Below, in pieces: positions 50,037-61,407 of a stretch of DNA of 64,000 nucleotides. Below the pieces are notes generated by a model that ran no database searches, was not told the DNA's origin, and was given only the letters and a program-made list of their open reading frames with translations. The translations under genes were made by a program, and so were the position numbers. The DNA is from an uncultured Thiotrichaceae bacterium (GTDB lineage: Bacteria; Pseudomonadota; Gammaproteobacteria; SZUA-229), in contig CAZRKQ010000019.1 in NCBI GenBank assembly GCA_964600755.1, positions 482 to 64,481 on the forward strand, written 5' to 3'. The first letter of the stretch is position 1. Each line of letters starts with the position of its first letter.

Positions 50037-50951
50037 TCAGCTTGCCTGCAAAGGCTGTGTATACGATATAGGTGAAGCTGCTTCTTCATCCTCAAAAGTC
50101 ACTTCTTCCCAGGCAGATTGATCGGCACACAGTGCTTTGAGTAATTTATTATTCAATGCATGCCCCGAACGATAACCGGAGAAGGCGCCTATGGAACTAT
50201 GCCCTAGAAGATAAAGGTCACCGATTGCGTCAAGAATCTTGTGTTTAACAAATTCATCATCATAGCGCAGGCCATCTTCGTTGAGTACCCGGTACTCATC
50301 GACAACCACGGCGTTATCAATACTGCCGCCAAGCGCAAGGTTTTGAGAACGCAGTTGTTCAATATCGCTCATAAAGCCAAAAGTTCTTGCGCGACTGACT
50401 TCTTTTACAAATGAGGTTGTCGAGAAATCAATTTCAGCTTTTCGCGGCCTGCCATTGAAGACAGGATGATTGAAATCAATGGTGAAGCTGACCTTGAAAC
50501 CATCAAATGGGTCAAAGCGCGCCCACTTGTCCTTCTCCTCAACCACTATTGATTTCTTGATGCGAACAAAGCGTTTGGGTGCTTCCTGCTCCGCTATGCC
50601 CGCAGACTGGATCAGGAATACGAACGGCCCTGAACTTCCATCCATTATCGGCACTTCAGCAGCACTTAGATCAATGTAGGCGTTATCTATGCCCAGGCCC
50701 GCCATCGCAGACAGCAGGTGCTCAACGGTTGATACCTGAACACCCTCACTTTCCAGTGTGGTTGATAAGGTCGTTGGTCCGACATTCTCGGCTGTTGCCT
50801 TGATTTCAACAGGCTCGCTTAAATCAACACGGCGGAAAATAACGCCCGTATCAGGCGGTGCCGGCCTTAAAGTCATATACACTTTTTCGCCAGAATGCAG
50901 GCCTACCCCGGTAGCCCGAATGACATTCTTCAGCGTTCTCTGTTTGATCAA
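50037..50951 (-). CDS. lpxC: UDP-3-O-acyl-N-acetylglucosamine deacetylase
   Basis: The N-terminus [32 protein letters not shown] is typical of LpxC. Length is 304 aa. Confidence 0.95.
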   Translation of the reverse strand: MIKQRTLKNVIRATGVGLHSGEKVYMTLRPAPPDTGVIFRRVDLSEPVEIKATAENVGPTTLSTTLESEGVQVSTVEHLLSAMAGLGIDNAYIDLSAAEVPIMDGSSGPFVFLIQSAGIAEQEAPKRFVRIKKSIVVEEKDKWARFDPFDGFKVSFTIDFNHPVFNGRPRKAEIDFSTTSFVKEVSRARTFGFMSDIEQLRSQNLALGGSIDNAVVVDEYRVLNEDGLRYDDEFVKHKILDAIGDLYLLGHSSIGAFSGYRSGHALNNKLLKALCADQSAWEEVTFEDEEAASPISYTQPLQAS

Positions 50952-51138
50952 AGCCCTGTTTTCCTATACTTTTTAGATGCACCAATTTGGCACAATTGTG
51001 GAAAAACGGCATATTTTCACACGATTTGCGCTCAAATTGATAGTAAAATTTTTATCTGTCTTTTTACTTATAACACCTTACATCACATTTTTCCTCAATC
51101 ACCCCGGTAATTTCCCCAAATACCGGCCTTTGTTTGCC

Positions 51139-52260
51139 TCAATCTGCCTGTCTGCGTAGAAATGCCGGAATATCGAGCAGCTCTTCGTCGTACACATCGG
51201 GAACTTCCTTGCGACGCATAACGGTCGGCTTGTCGAGTGTCTCGTAGTCTGGCTCGCCATCAGATTTGACAATTTTTGGTTTTGACGGCGCAGCTTGTTG
51301 CACATGCGGATGGCCAAGGCCTGTTGCGACAACCGTTACCCTGATTTGATCATCCAGCATTTCGTCAATGGCTGTACCCATGACAACGGTAGCATCGTCT
51401 GATGCGAATGTGCTGATCACATCGCCAATATCCTGGAACTCGCCCAGTGTCATATTTGCACCAGTTACATTTACCAGAATACCTTTGGCACCGGAGATGT
51501 TAACGTCTTCAAGCAGCGGGCTTGCAATTGCCGCCTGGGCCGCTTCAGCAGCACGAGTTTCTCCTGACGCCTTGCCTGAACCCATCATGCCCATTCCCAT
51601 CTGACACATGACAGTACGCACATCGGCAAAGTCAACGTTAATCACTCCTGGGTTGGTTATCAGCTCAGTAATACCCTGTACTGCTCCGTAAAGCACATCA
51701 TTAGCACCTTTGAACGCATTCATTAAATCAAAATCACGTCCATACACATCCAGTAACTTGTCATTCGGAATGGTAATCAACGAATCAACATGCTGGGTCA
51801 ACTCCTTGATGCCCTGCATCGCAATTTTCATTCGTGTACTACCTTCGAATGCAAATGGCTTGGTTACAACACCAACCACCAGGATGCCCATATCACGTGC
51901 AAGCTGAGCAACAACCGGTGCCGCGCCTGTGCCGGTACCACCACCCATACCTGCTGTGATAAATAACATATCAGTATGCTCAATCGCTTCCTGAATGAGT
52001 TCCCTGTCTTCAAGTGCTGCCTGCTGGCCAACATCGGGCGTCGCCCCTGCTCCCAGACCCTTGGTGATGTTGCAACCAATTTGCAATGACTTGGCATCAG
52101 CCATTTTATTTAATGCCTGAGCATCAGTATTAGCACAAATGAAATCCACTCCACTGATTCCACTGCTCACCATATGTTGAACGGCATTGCCACCGCCACC
52201 GCCAACACCGATTACTTTAATGATGGCGTCTTGTGCTACAGAGTCCATTAGTTCAAACAT
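51139..52260 (-). CDS. ftsZ: cell division GTPase FtsZ
   Basis: The tubulin signature GGGTGTG is present. The N-terminus is MFELMD...[14 protein letters not shown]. Length is 373 aa. Confidence 0.95.
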   Translation of the reverse strand: MFELMDSVAQDAIIKVIGVGGGGGNAVQHMVSSGISGVDFICANTDAQALNKMADAKSLQIGCNITKGLGAGATPDVGQQAALEDRELIQEAIEHTDMLFITAGMGGGTGTGAAPVVAQLARDMGILVVGVVTKPFAFEGSTRMKIAMQGIKELTQHVDSLITIPNDKLLDVYGRDFDLMNAFKGANDVLYGAVQGITELITNPGVINVDFADVRTVMCQMGMGMMGSGKASGETRAAEAAQAAIASPLLEDVNISGAKGILVNVTGANMTLGEFQDIGDVISTFASDDATVVMGTAIDEMLDDQIRVTVVATGLGHPHVQQAAPSKPKIVKSDGEPDYETLDKPTVMRRKEVPDVYDEELLDIPAFLRRQAD

Positions 52261-52321
52261 GATTGTTCTCCTCTGTAAATTTTATTGTTGTTGTATGCAT
52301 CTGTTTTTATCCCGTTTTATG

Positions 52322-53557
52322 TTAAAAATTTCCCTGAAACCAACTCTTCATCCTGTCAAACAATCCTTTGAAGCCACCTTCCATCATCAGATGACTTGTT
52401 CCTGAGTCACGGTGTTGATAACCGAACAACAGGAGTCCAACCCCAGTCGCATGTATTGGATTGCTTACAACATCAGACAATCCGGAGACATACTGTGGTA
52501 GTCCCAGCCGAACCGGGACATGAAATATTTCTTCTGCCAAATCAACGGCACCTTCCATTTTTGAACTGCCGCCGGTCAAAACCACACCTGCGGCAATCAT
52601 CTCTTCAAATCCGCTCTTGCGCAGCTCCGCCTGTACCAGTGACAACAGTTCTTCATAACGTGGCTCCACCACTTCAGCCAGCGTCTGGCGCGACAGTTTC
52701 CGTGGTGGGCGGTCACCAACGCTGGGAACCTCAATAGTCTCATCCGGATTGGCTAACTGACGTAATGCGCACGCATATTTGATCTTGATCTCATTGGCAT
52801 ACTGAGTTGGTGTACGCAGCGCTACAGCAATGTCATTGGTGACCTGGTCTCCGGCAATCGGGATCACAGCAGTATGTCGGATTGCACCTTCGGTAAAAAC
52901 CGCTATATCTGTAGTGCCACCACCAATATCAACCAGGCACACACCCAGTTCTTTTTCGTCATCGGTAAGCACTGAATAACTGGACGCAAGCTGCTCGAGA
53001 ATAATATCGTCAACTTCGAGGCCACAACGTCTAACGCACTTGATTATGTTTTGTGCTGCACCCACCGCGCCGGTAACAAGATGGACTTTAGCTTCGAGGC
53101 GTACACCCGACATGCCAATTGGCTCGCGTATACCTTCCTGGTTATCAATAATAAATTCCTGTGGAAGAATATGCAGAATACGCTGGTCTGCAGGTATTGC
53201 CACAGCACGCGCAGCATCAATCACCCTGTCAAGATCGCCACTTGAGACTTCACGTTCGCGAATAGCAACGATGCCATGCGAGTTGAGACTACGAATATGG
53301 CTGCCCGCAATGCCAGCATAAACAGACTGGATCTGGCATCCCGCCATAAGCTCAGCTTCTTCTACAGCACGCTGTATCGACTGCACTGTTGACTCAATAT
53401 TAACCACGACGCCTTTTTTAAGCCCACGTGACGGGTGAGAACCAAGCCCAACGATTTCTATCTCGCCCTCGGGGGTAACCTCACCAACAATCGCCACTAC
53501 TTTTGAAGTACCAATATCCAGCCCAATGATCATGTTCTTGTCTGACTTTTTAGTCAT
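52322..53557 (-). CDS. ftsA: cell division protein FtsA
   Basis: The actin-like ATPase N-terminus IIGLDIGTSKVVAIVGEV is present. Length is 411 aa. Confidence 0.95.
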   Translation of the reverse strand: MTKKSDKNMIIGLDIGTSKVVAIVGEVTPEGEIEIVGLGSHPSRGLKKGVVVNIESTVQSIQRAVEEAELMAGCQIQSVYAGIAGSHIRSLNSHGIVAIREREVSSGDLDRVIDAARAVAIPADQRILHILPQEFIIDNQEGIREPIGMSGVRLEAKVHLVTGAVGAAQNIIKCVRRCGLEVDDIILEQLASSYSVLTDDEKELGVCLVDIGGGTTDIAVFTEGAIRHTAVIPIAGDQVTNDIAVALRTPTQYANEIKIKYACALRQLANPDETIEVPSVGDRPPRKLSRQTLAEVVEPRYEELLSLVQAELRKSGFEEMIAAGVVLTGGSSKMEGAVDLAEEIFHVPVRLGLPQYVSGLSDVVSNPIHATGVGLLLFGYQHRDSGTSHLMMEGGFKGLFDRMKSWFQGNF

Positions 53558-53683
53558 TTTTATGCGCCCCTTTCACGCGTATAACCATTGCTGATCTTTT
53601 GCCTTGATAGTGAACTAAATGCCGACTGCCCACTACGCCAGAGCACCTTGAATATATAAAAATACTCCTGCCAAACTGATGAA

Positions 53684-54469
53684 TTATGCATGTCTTATCC
53701 ACCCCAAAATGTTATTAAGACCTGCGTCACTTTCCTTTTCGAGTGATTGTTTGCTTTTCATTGCAAATCCGTTCGGATAGCGCAGATCAATATATTTAAT
53801 GTCATCAATTTTTGGAGCATTTTGCATAGAGAAAACCCTGACGAATCTCTGTATGCGTCTTTCCGTATCATTTCTACCAAGCTGCAACTCGACACCATTT
53901 GACAACAGCATCGACCACGACCTGCGCTCATCCAGTACCAGCTTGTTAACATCAAGCCCGAGACCAGATAACTCTGCATGCAAGGTAACCAGGAACCCCC
54001 AAACTTTGTGGTGCAGGCCTTCAGGCCCATTTATTACCGGTATCTGCATGTCTCTATTAATTTGTTCTGGTTTAAACAACTCACCTTTATCACTTAATAA
54101 CGAATCATCCGACCAGTAAGCCACAGCCTTTCGCTCAATGATGCGTATCCTTAATGTTGAAGGCCATTGCCGACGAATAGACGCATCCTGCACCCATGGC
54201 AGCAATAGCAATGAATTTCTCACCACCTCAATATCTGCTGTAAAATAACCGCCTGTTAATACCTGCTTTAACTGCTGTTGAATATCACCCCTGGATAAAT
54301 GAACAAACGCACCTTCAATTTGCACATTGTTGATTGGCATTATCTCACCGGGAATATGCTCAAACAGCTGCCAGCCGGCTACTACTAGCACAATCAAAAT
54401 CAGTGGTCGGTACCAGCGACGGTATCTCATTCTCGTTTTCTGCTTGCCTTGTTTACGCCTGGCGCTCAT
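53684..54469 (-). CDS. ftsQ: cell division protein FtsQ
   Basis: A single TM helix is followed by a POTRA-like periplasmic domain. Position between ddl and ftsA is as expected. Length is 261 aa. Confidence 0.8.
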   Translation of the reverse strand: MSARRKQGKQKTRMRYRRWYRPLILIVLVVAGWQLFEHIPGEIMPINNVQIEGAFVHLSRGDIQQQLKQVLTGGYFTADIEVVRNSLLLLPWVQDASIRRQWPSTLRIRIIERKAVAYWSDDSLLSDKGELFKPEQINRDMQIPVINGPEGLHHKVWGFLVTLHAELSGLGLDVNKLVLDERRSWSMLLSNGVELQLGRNDTERRIQRFVRVFSMQNAPKIDDIKYIDLRYPNGFAMKSKQSLEKESDAGLNNILGWIRHA

Positions 54470-55385
54470 AACTGCTTCTCAGTATTTCGATTGCCAGTTC
54501 ATTAAATCCGATCCCGGCCTGTTTCGCTGCCATCGGCACAAGACTATGGCTGGTCATGCCCGGCACTGTGTTTGCCTCGATCAACCAGGGTTGCTCATTC
54601 TGATCGAGCATGAAATCAACCCGTCCCCAGCCGCTCGCATCAATAGCATCAAATGCATTCAGCATGATTGATCCAAGCTCCTGCTCTTTTGATTGTTCGA
54701 GACCGCAAGGACAGATGTAACGCGTATCATCTGATTCATACTTGGCAACGTAGTCATAAAACTTTCTGTCAGTTTCCAGCAGTATCATCGGCAAGACCTT
54801 GTGATTCAGAATTGCTGCTGTGTACTCAGATCCCGTAATCCATTTCTCTGCGATGATCGTACCTTCACATTCACGCGCCATTTTAAATGCGGGCAGCATT
54901 TCATCTTCAAACTCAACCTTGCTCATGCCTATACTGGAGCCCTCCAGTGCAGGCTTTATAATCAACGGCAGTCCAAAATGTTCAACTGCATTAATACAAT
55001 CCTGCTCGGTTACAAGTACCATGTATTCAGGCGTCGGATATCCCTCTGCAGCCCATACCTGCTTGCAACGTAACTTGTCCATGGCCAGTGCTGATCCCAA
55101 AATCCCCGAACCGCTATAGGGCAGCCCCATCACCTCCAGCAGACCTTGCATAGCACCATCTTCGCCGCCGCGACCGTGTAACATAATCAACGCACGGTTG
55201 TATTCACCTGCCTCAAGCACTGAAGCAATGTCACGCCCAACATCAATGCCATGTGCATCAATGTCGTTCTCCTTCAATGCCTCTAACACAGCACCACCGC
55301 TCAGTAATGAAATCTCACGCTCTGCCGACCAGCCACCCATTAGTACTGCGACCTTTCCAAAATCTGAATTGCCGCTATGGCTCAT
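54453..55385 (-). CDS. ddl: D-alanine--D-alanine ligase
   Basis: Length is 310 aa. It has the ATP-grasp fold with an N-terminal GGWSAEREISL-type motif. Confidence 0.9.
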   Translation of the reverse strand: MSHSGNSDFGKVAVLMGGWSAEREISLLSGGAVLEALKENDIDAHGIDVGRDIASVLEAGEYNRALIMLHGRGGEDGAMQGLLEVMGLPYSGSGILGSALAMDKLRCKQVWAAEGYPTPEYMVLVTEQDCINAVEHFGLPLIIKPALEGSSIGMSKVEFEDEMLPAFKMARECEGTIIAEKWITGSEYTAAILNHKVLPMILLETDRKFYDYVAKYESDDTRYICPCGLEQSKEQELGSIMLNAFDAIDASGWGRVDFMLDQNEQPWLIEANTVPGMTSHSLVPMAAKQAGIGFNELAIEILRSSYERQA

Positions 55386-56287
55386 GCTACGCCTCCGACG
55401 ATTCGAACTTCGGTATGCAAATCAATGCCCTGTTGTTTCAGCACTGTTTCCTGCACATACCTGATCAGTGATTCAATATCATCAGCGCTGGCATTATTGT
55501 CATTGATAATAAAATTCGCATGCTTCTCTGAAACTAGGGCACCACCTATACGGTAACCTTTCAATCCACAAGATTCGATTAAACGTGCTGCGTGATCGTT
55601 CTCGGGGTTGGTAAACACTGAACCGCAGCTTGCAGCCCCCATTGGCTGCGTTTCTGCGCGCCTGGCAAGCAGTTGCTTGATACTTGCACCAGCAGCACTG
55701 CCATCACCCTGTTCAAACTGGAATGTCGCAGCAGTAAACCACTCATCAGCCGGTCCGCAAACACTGCGATAACCCACCTGGTATTCATCAGCATTGCGCT
55801 TATGCATGTTACCTTTGTGATCAATGGTTTCTACGCTAATAACATGCCGCCATGTTTCTCCACCAAATGCACCTGCATTCATTGCCAGTGCACCACCGAC
55901 CAGACCCGGAATGCCTGCAAAAAATTCTGCACCAGCCAGATTCTCTTTTGCGCAGTAACGCGCCAGCTTTGAACTCGTAACACCAGCTCCAACATAGACA
56001 CAATTATTATCTAGTCGCTCAAGCCCGTTCATGACACCCTGCAATGAGATCACGGTGCCGTCAAAACCGGCATCACGAACCAGGGTATTACTACCTAATC
56101 CCAGCCATAAGATATCTTCATCTTCGGGCAGTGATGCCAGCAGGTTTGACAGGTCTTCAATATCTGCCGGTAGGAAGTAACATTTTGCATTGCCACCCGC
56201 ACGCCAGCTCACATGACGTGACATAGGTTCGTCATAACGCATCTCACCTCGAAGCTGTGGCAATGTCATAAGACGTACTGCCTCCAT
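55382..56287 (-). CDS. murB: UDP-N-acetylenolpyruvoylglucosamine reductase
   Basis: Length is 301 aa with an FAD-binding PCMH domain. It lies between murC and ddl. Confidence 0.9.
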   Translation of the reverse strand: MEAVRLMTLPQLRGEMRYDEPMSRHVSWRAGGNAKCYFLPADIEDLSNLLASLPEDEDILWLGLGSNTLVRDAGFDGTVISLQGVMNGLERLDNNCVYVGAGVTSSKLARYCAKENLAGAEFFAGIPGLVGGALAMNAGAFGGETWRHVISVETIDHKGNMHKRNADEYQVGYRSVCGPADEWFTAATFQFEQGDGSAAGASIKQLLARRAETQPMGAASCGSVFTNPENDHAARLIESCGLKGYRIGGALVSEKHANFIINDNNASADDIESLIRYVQETVLKQQGIDLHTEVRIVGGVA

Positions 56288-56288
56288 A

Positions 56289-57716
56289 TCATGCCGCCTC
56301 CTGCAACTTCTGCGGCAATTCGGAGGCTACCCGACCAATGCTGCCGGCACCCAGTGTCAACAACACATCTCCATCATGCATAACGGAGACCAGTTCCCTG
56401 TCCACATCATCAATATTATCAACAAAGATCGGATTGACCTTGCCACGCTGTCGTATTGCTGCACAGAGTGATCGTGCATCAGCACCCGTTAACGGCTGTT
56501 CACCTGCTGCATAAACCTCAGAGATAAGCAGCACATCCACATCGGCTAAAACCGAGGTGAAATCCTCAAACAGGTCATGAGTGCGGCTGTATCGATGTGG
56601 CTGGAATACAACAACGAGCCGCCTGTCCGGCCAACTGCTACGCACCGCCTGCAAGGTAGCTGCAACCTCAGTCGGGTGATGACCATAATCATCCACCATT
56701 GTTATCAGGCCAGCTGGTATCCTGATATCGCCATACATCTGCATGCGCCTGCCTATGCCGGCAAAATTCTTCAACGCTGTTTTTATCGCTTCTTTGTCAA
56801 CACCTATTTCATAGGCGATAGCAATTGCCGCCAGGGCATTGAGGATATTATGTCTACCGGGAAGATTAAGTGTGATATTCAATGGAACGTCGCTATCTGG
56901 AAGCATGACATCGAATATGCTTTGCAAGCCTGAGGTCCTGATATTGGATGCGCAGATATCAGCATCCTGCTCTATACCATAACGTATTACCGGGCGTGTT
57001 ATTTTCGGCAGCAATTTTCGTGCGTTTTCATCATCAACACAAACAATCGCCAGTCCATAGAAAGGCAAGTGATGCAGAAATTCAACAAAAGCATTATGCA
57101 AGCGATCAAAGTCACCACCGTAAGTCGACAAATGGTCTGCGTCAACATTGGTCACTACGGCCAGCATAGGCTGCAAGTACAGGAACGATGCATCACTTTC
57201 GTCAGCTTCTGCAACCAGGTACTGCCCACTACCAAGCTTTGCATTACTGGCAGAACTGTTGAGCTTGCCGCCAATAACATAGGTCGGATCAAGTCCACCT
57301 TCAGCCATCACACTTGCGACTAATGATGTTGTCGTAGTCTTGCCATGTGTACCGGCAACAGCAATTCCATTACTGAAGCGCATCAATTCTGCAAGCATTT
57401 CTGCACGCGGCACAACCGGTATCATACGTGCGCGTGCCACCTGGATTTCAGGATTGTCTGCAGGAATAGCGCTTGATGTAACGACGACGTCGACATCGCG
57501 GACATTTTCACTGGCATGACCTTTGAAAACTTTAATACCCGCAGCCTTCAGTTTCTCGGTCACCGCGCCCTCGCTCATGTCCGAGCCGCTGACCTCATAA
57601 CCTATGGTATTCATCACTTCAGCAATGCCACTCATTCCGACACCGCCGACACCAACGAAGTGCACTTTACGTACACGCTGCATAAATGGCGTCAGGCTTG
57701 AATGATCTGTAATCAT
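56289..57716 (-). CDS. murC: UDP-N-acetylmuramate--L-alanine ligase
   Basis: Length is 475 aa. The Mur ligase N-terminus VHFVGVGGVGMSGIAEV and the GTHGKTTT P-loop are present. Confidence 0.9.
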   Translation of the reverse strand: MITDHSSLTPFMQRVRKVHFVGVGGVGMSGIAEVMNTIGYEVSGSDMSEGAVTEKLKAAGIKVFKGHASENVRDVDVVVTSSAIPADNPEIQVARARMIPVVPRAEMLAELMRFSNGIAVAGTHGKTTTTSLVASVMAEGGLDPTYVIGGKLNSSASNAKLGSGQYLVAEADESDASFLYLQPMLAVVTNVDADHLSTYGGDFDRLHNAFVEFLHHLPFYGLAIVCVDDENARKLLPKITRPVIRYGIEQDADICASNIRTSGLQSIFDVMLPDSDVPLNITLNLPGRHNILNALAAIAIAYEIGVDKEAIKTALKNFAGIGRRMQMYGDIRIPAGLITMVDDYGHHPTEVAATLQAVRSSWPDRRLVVVFQPHRYSRTHDLFEDFTSVLADVDVLLISEVYAAGEQPLTGADARSLCAAIRQRGKVNPIFVDNIDDVDRELVSVMHDGDVLLTLGAGSIGRVASELPQKLQEAA

Positions 57717-58795
57717 GTCAAATCCCCCACCTGCATACAGCGATCTGCGACTTCATGTGCAGCATCCGGTTTTGCCATACTACGCGCGGCCTTCGCCATC
57801 TTGACCAGAGTGTCGCGCTGCTGTGCCATCTGGTTAATAGTATCGCTTAACCACTCACTGCTAAGTTCTTGCTGTTGCCTTACGATGGCGGCACCTGCCT
57901 TGACCAGGTACTCAGCATTAGCCGTCTGGTGATCATCTACTGCATAAGGATACGGAACCAGTATCGAGCCAACGCCTGCTGCTGCAAGTTCAAACACGGT
58001 CATTGCGCCGGCACGGCATATGACCAGGTCAGCCCAGCCGTACGCTGCAGCCATATCATCAATAAAAGCTTCTATTCGCGCATCAACACCATGACGCTGA
58101 TACAACGCCCGCGTCATTTCAAGGTTTGCTGCGCCTGTCTGATGAAGTATCTCCGGCCTTGCGTCAGCAACAATTTTACTCACAGCCTCTGGCACAATTT
58201 CATTGAGCCTGACTGCACCAAGACTGCCTCCGATCACCAGTACGCGCAACGCATCTGTATGACTGCCAATACGCATTTGCGGATCAGATAGCTGTTGTAT
58301 CTCCTCGCGAACCGGATTACCTACTGTTCTTGCTTTTTTATTGAAGGTTTGAGGAAAAGCTTCGAGTACTTCATTGGCAAGATGGGAAAGTATGCGGTTG
58401 GTCAGACCAGCTACTGCGTTTTGCTCATGAATAAGCAATGGCCGACGCATCACCCATGCCATCAGCCCGCCCGGGCCTGCAGTGAAGCCACCCATACCCA
58501 GCACAACGCCTGGCTTTCTTTGCCACAAAACACGAAATGCCTGTGCACATGCCATTATCAGTCTGAATGGCGCGAGCAGCAGGGTTGCTGCATTTTTACC
58601 GCGCAATCCAGTAATACTCAGCCATTCGATCTGGTAGCCGGCCTGTTTGACCACGCGTGCTTCTATGCCTTTGTGTGTTCCCAGCCATACGATCGGCACC
58701 CCGCGCGAACGCAGCTCATCTGCAACTGCCAGTGCAGGAAATACATGACCACCGGTACCACCTGCCATAATCAAAACAGGTTTGACTGACATCAT
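57713..58795 (-). CDS. murG: undecaprenyldiphospho-muramoylpentapeptide beta-N-acetylglucosaminyltransferase
   Basis: Length is 360 aa. The N-terminus is IMAGGTGGHVFPALAVA. Confidence 0.9.
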   Translation of the reverse strand: MMSVKPVLIMAGGTGGHVFPALAVADELRSRGVPIVWLGTHKGIEARVVKQAGYQIEWLSITGLRGKNAATLLLAPFRLIMACAQAFRVLWQRKPGVVLGMGGFTAGPGGLMAWVMRRPLLIHEQNAVAGLTNRILSHLANEVLEAFPQTFNKKARTVGNPVREEIQQLSDPQMRIGSHTDALRVLVIGGSLGAVRLNEIVPEAVSKIVADARPEILHQTGAANLEMTRALYQRHGVDARIEAFIDDMAAAYGWADLVICRAGAMTVFELAAAGVGSILVPYPYAVDDHQTANAEYLVKAGAAIVRQQQELSSEWLSDTINQMAQQRDTLVKMAKAARSMAKPDAAHEVADRCMQVGDLT

Positions 58796-60030
58796 GAGCC
58801 AGTCCTCCGTCGACGAGTGCGGGTTTTAGCCGGCTGCTTTTTGTCTTTTTGGTTTACTGCCTGCTTCGTATACACGCCGCATTCATAATGAATACGCAAC
58901 AGCAGTCCAATAGCCATGCAGCTTATGACCAGACTGCTACCACCGTAACTCATTAACGGCAAGGTCAGCCCCTTGGTTGGCAACATGCCCATGTTTACGC
59001 CCATGTTGATAACTGCCTGCATAGCCAGCCAGATACCTATGCCATAGGCAATATAAGCAGCAAAACGGTTACCACATTTTTCGGCCTGCAGCGCTATGCG
59101 TGTAGCACGATAAAACAGAATCGAATATAGCGCGATGATCATGCAAACTCCGACAAAACCCAGTTCTTCAGATAAAACCGCAAACAGGAAATCAGTGTGA
59201 GACTCAGGCAGGTAAAACAGCTTCTGTACACTACCGCCCAGACCGGTGCCAAACCATCCACCCGTTCCAATTGCTATTAATGACTGGGTCAGCTGGAAAC
59301 CACTATCGAAAGGGTCAGCCCATGGATTCATGAATGATGTTAATCGTTCCATGCGATATGGCGATGACACTACAAGCATTACAGCGGCAGTACCAAATAA
59401 TGCCAGGAAAGAGACAAACTGCATAAAGCGCACGCCACCGAGATACATCATGCCTAGCACAGTACCAATAATCACAACCGTTGCACCAAAGTCCGGTTCC
59501 AGCAACAGTAACAAAGCAGCCAGTCCAACCATTAACATCGGTTTAATAAAACCCCAAATTGAAGTCCTGACCGCTTCGCCATGACGTACGAGGTAACCGG
59601 CAACATATATGATAAGAAACAACTTGACTGCTTCTGATACCTGCAGGTTGAACACTCCGAGCGAAATCCAGCGCGTACTGCCATTGACCTCTTTGCCTAC
59701 ACCCGGCAACAGCACCAATGTCAACAGAAACAGCGAGAAGCCAAGCAGCGCCATGCCTGATTTTTCCCAATGCACCAGACGTATTTGATAAACAAACCAG
59801 GCGGCGATCAGGCCTAGCACGATAAATATTGCCTGGCGTTGTAAGTAATAAAAAGGAGATGACAGGTTACGATCAGCCACGCTGATCGATGCCGACGTTA
59901 CCATCACCAGACCTATAGCCAGCAATGCAAGACTCGTGATTAACAAGACCGGATCAATCCTGTCTAATTGATCTTCTGCAGCACGCTTGAGTGCCGGCGC
60001 AGCCCTGGATACCGGAATAGTTATGCTCAT
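58792..60030 (-). CDS. ftsW: peptidoglycan glycosyltransferase FtsW, a SEDS family member
   Basis: Length is 412 aa with a multi-TM profile. Position between murD and murG is as expected. Confidence 0.9.
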   Translation of the reverse strand: MSITIPVSRAAPALKRAAEDQLDRIDPVLLITSLALLAIGLVMVTSASISVADRNLSSPFYYLQRQAIFIVLGLIAAWFVYQIRLVHWEKSGMALLGFSLFLLTLVLLPGVGKEVNGSTRWISLGVFNLQVSEAVKLFLIIYVAGYLVRHGEAVRTSIWGFIKPMLMVGLAALLLLLEPDFGATVVIIGTVLGMMYLGGVRFMQFVSFLALFGTAAVMLVVSSPYRMERLTSFMNPWADPFDSGFQLTQSLIAIGTGGWFGTGLGGSVQKLFYLPESHTDFLFAVLSEELGFVGVCMIIALYSILFYRATRIALQAEKCGNRFAAYIAYGIGIWLAMQAVINMGVNMGMLPTKGLTLPLMSYGGSSLVISCMAIGLLLRIHYECGVYTKQAVNQKDKKQPAKTRTRRRRTGS

Positions 60031-61400
60031 GAGCGCAACCTCTCAACAGCCTTGATGAATACCTCACCACGATGAGCAAACCCTTTGAACATATCAAAAC
60101 TTGCGCAGGCGGGTGACAGCAAAACATTATCACCCTGCTCTGCATAATCAGCAGCAAGACGTACCGCCTCATACATATCGCTGGCAAATTTGACTGGTAC
60201 AACCTGATCGATTGCCTGTGCAATCAATTCTGCATCCTCACCAATCAGAACAACGGCACGTAATCGTTGCTCAGCTATATTACGCAATGGCAGGAAGTCT
60301 GCCCCCTTGCCCTGGCCACCGGCAATCAACACATGTCTGCCTGGCAATCCTTCAATCGCTGCCAGTGTCGCACCAACGTTTGTCCCCTTGGAATCATTGA
60401 ACCAGTTAACACCATTTATTTCTGCAACCCACTGTGTACGATGCTCCAGACCGTGAAATTGTTTAAGCGTATCGAGCATTGCCTGCATAGGCAGATTAAT
60501 ACTTGATCCCAGTGCTAGTGCAGCCAGTGCATTTGCATAATTATGCTGGCCTCGAATCTTCAACTCTGCTGTTTTTAACAGGAGATCATTACCTGCACAT
60601 AGATACTGCTCGCCATCTTTTTCGCATAAACCAAAATCACCGGCAGACGGCTGGTTTAATGTAAAACCTACTGCATTGTTATAATGATTCAGCATCTTTC
60701 TGACAAAAGCATCATCACGATTGATAACGGCCTGCGCGGCATTTTCATATATAGCCTGCTTGCTCATTGCATAAGCATTGACGTCGGTATATCGGTCCAT
60801 ATGATCAGGACTAACGTTCAGCACTACCGCTGCTGCCATTGGCAGATGTATCAGGGTTTCAAGCTGGAAACTGGACAGCTCGAGCACATACAGCTCTGTT
60901 GAATCTTTAAGCACGTCAAGCACAGGCAAGCCAATATTGCCGCCGGCTGCCACTTTTACGCCGGCCTTGTCCGCCATCAATGCCAGCAACGTTGTCACCG
61001 TGCTCTTGCCGTTTGATCCCGTAATAGCGACAACCGGTGCATCTACTTCATGTGCAAATAAATCAATATCACCAGTAATCTCGACGCCGTTATCACGCGC
61101 CTGTTGTAGCGCAGGGTCACTAAGCGCCAGCCCGGGACTGACAACTATACGTTGCGCATTGATAAACAACTTGCTATCGAATTTTCCAGTGTGCAAGGGT
61201 ATATCACTAAACGACTCCTTAAACTCGGTTAGCGCTGGTGGTATATCACGACTATCAACAACCACCATTGCTTCGCCCAGTTTATGAAGATGGCGCACCA
61301 CAGAAAAGCCCGTCATCCCAAGCCCAACGACCAGGGTATAAGCATGCGCATCACTTCGAGGTGTCGTCATTGAATTTTTCCTTATTACTGCCTGTAACAT
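60027..61400 (-). CDS. murD: UDP-N-acetylmuramoylalanine--D-glutamate ligase
   Basis: Length is 457 aa with a Mur ligase fold including GSNGKST. The start may be an internal Met at about 61370. Confidence 0.9.
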   Translation of the reverse strand: MLQAVIRKNSMTTPRSDAHAYTLVVGLGMTGFSVVRHLHKLGEAMVVVDSRDIPPALTEFKESFSDIPLHTGKFDSKLFINAQRIVVSPGLALSDPALQQARDNGVEITGDIDLFAHEVDAPVVAITGSNGKSTVTTLLALMADKAGVKVAAGGNIGLPVLDVLKDSTELYVLELSSFQLETLIHLPMAAAVVLNVSPDHMDRYTDVNAYAMSKQAIYENAAQAVINRDDAFVRKMLNHYNNAVGFTLNQPSAGDFGLCEKDGEQYLCAGNDLLLKTAELKIRGQHNYANALAALALGSSINLPMQAMLDTLKQFHGLEHRTQWVAEINGVNWFNDSKGTNVGATLAAIEGLPGRHVLIAGGQGKGADFLPLRNIAEQRLRAVVLIGEDAELIAQAIDQVVPVKFASDMYEAVRLAADYAEQGDNVLLSPACASFDMFKGFAHRGEVFIKAVERLRS

Positions 61401-61407
61401 AATCTCA

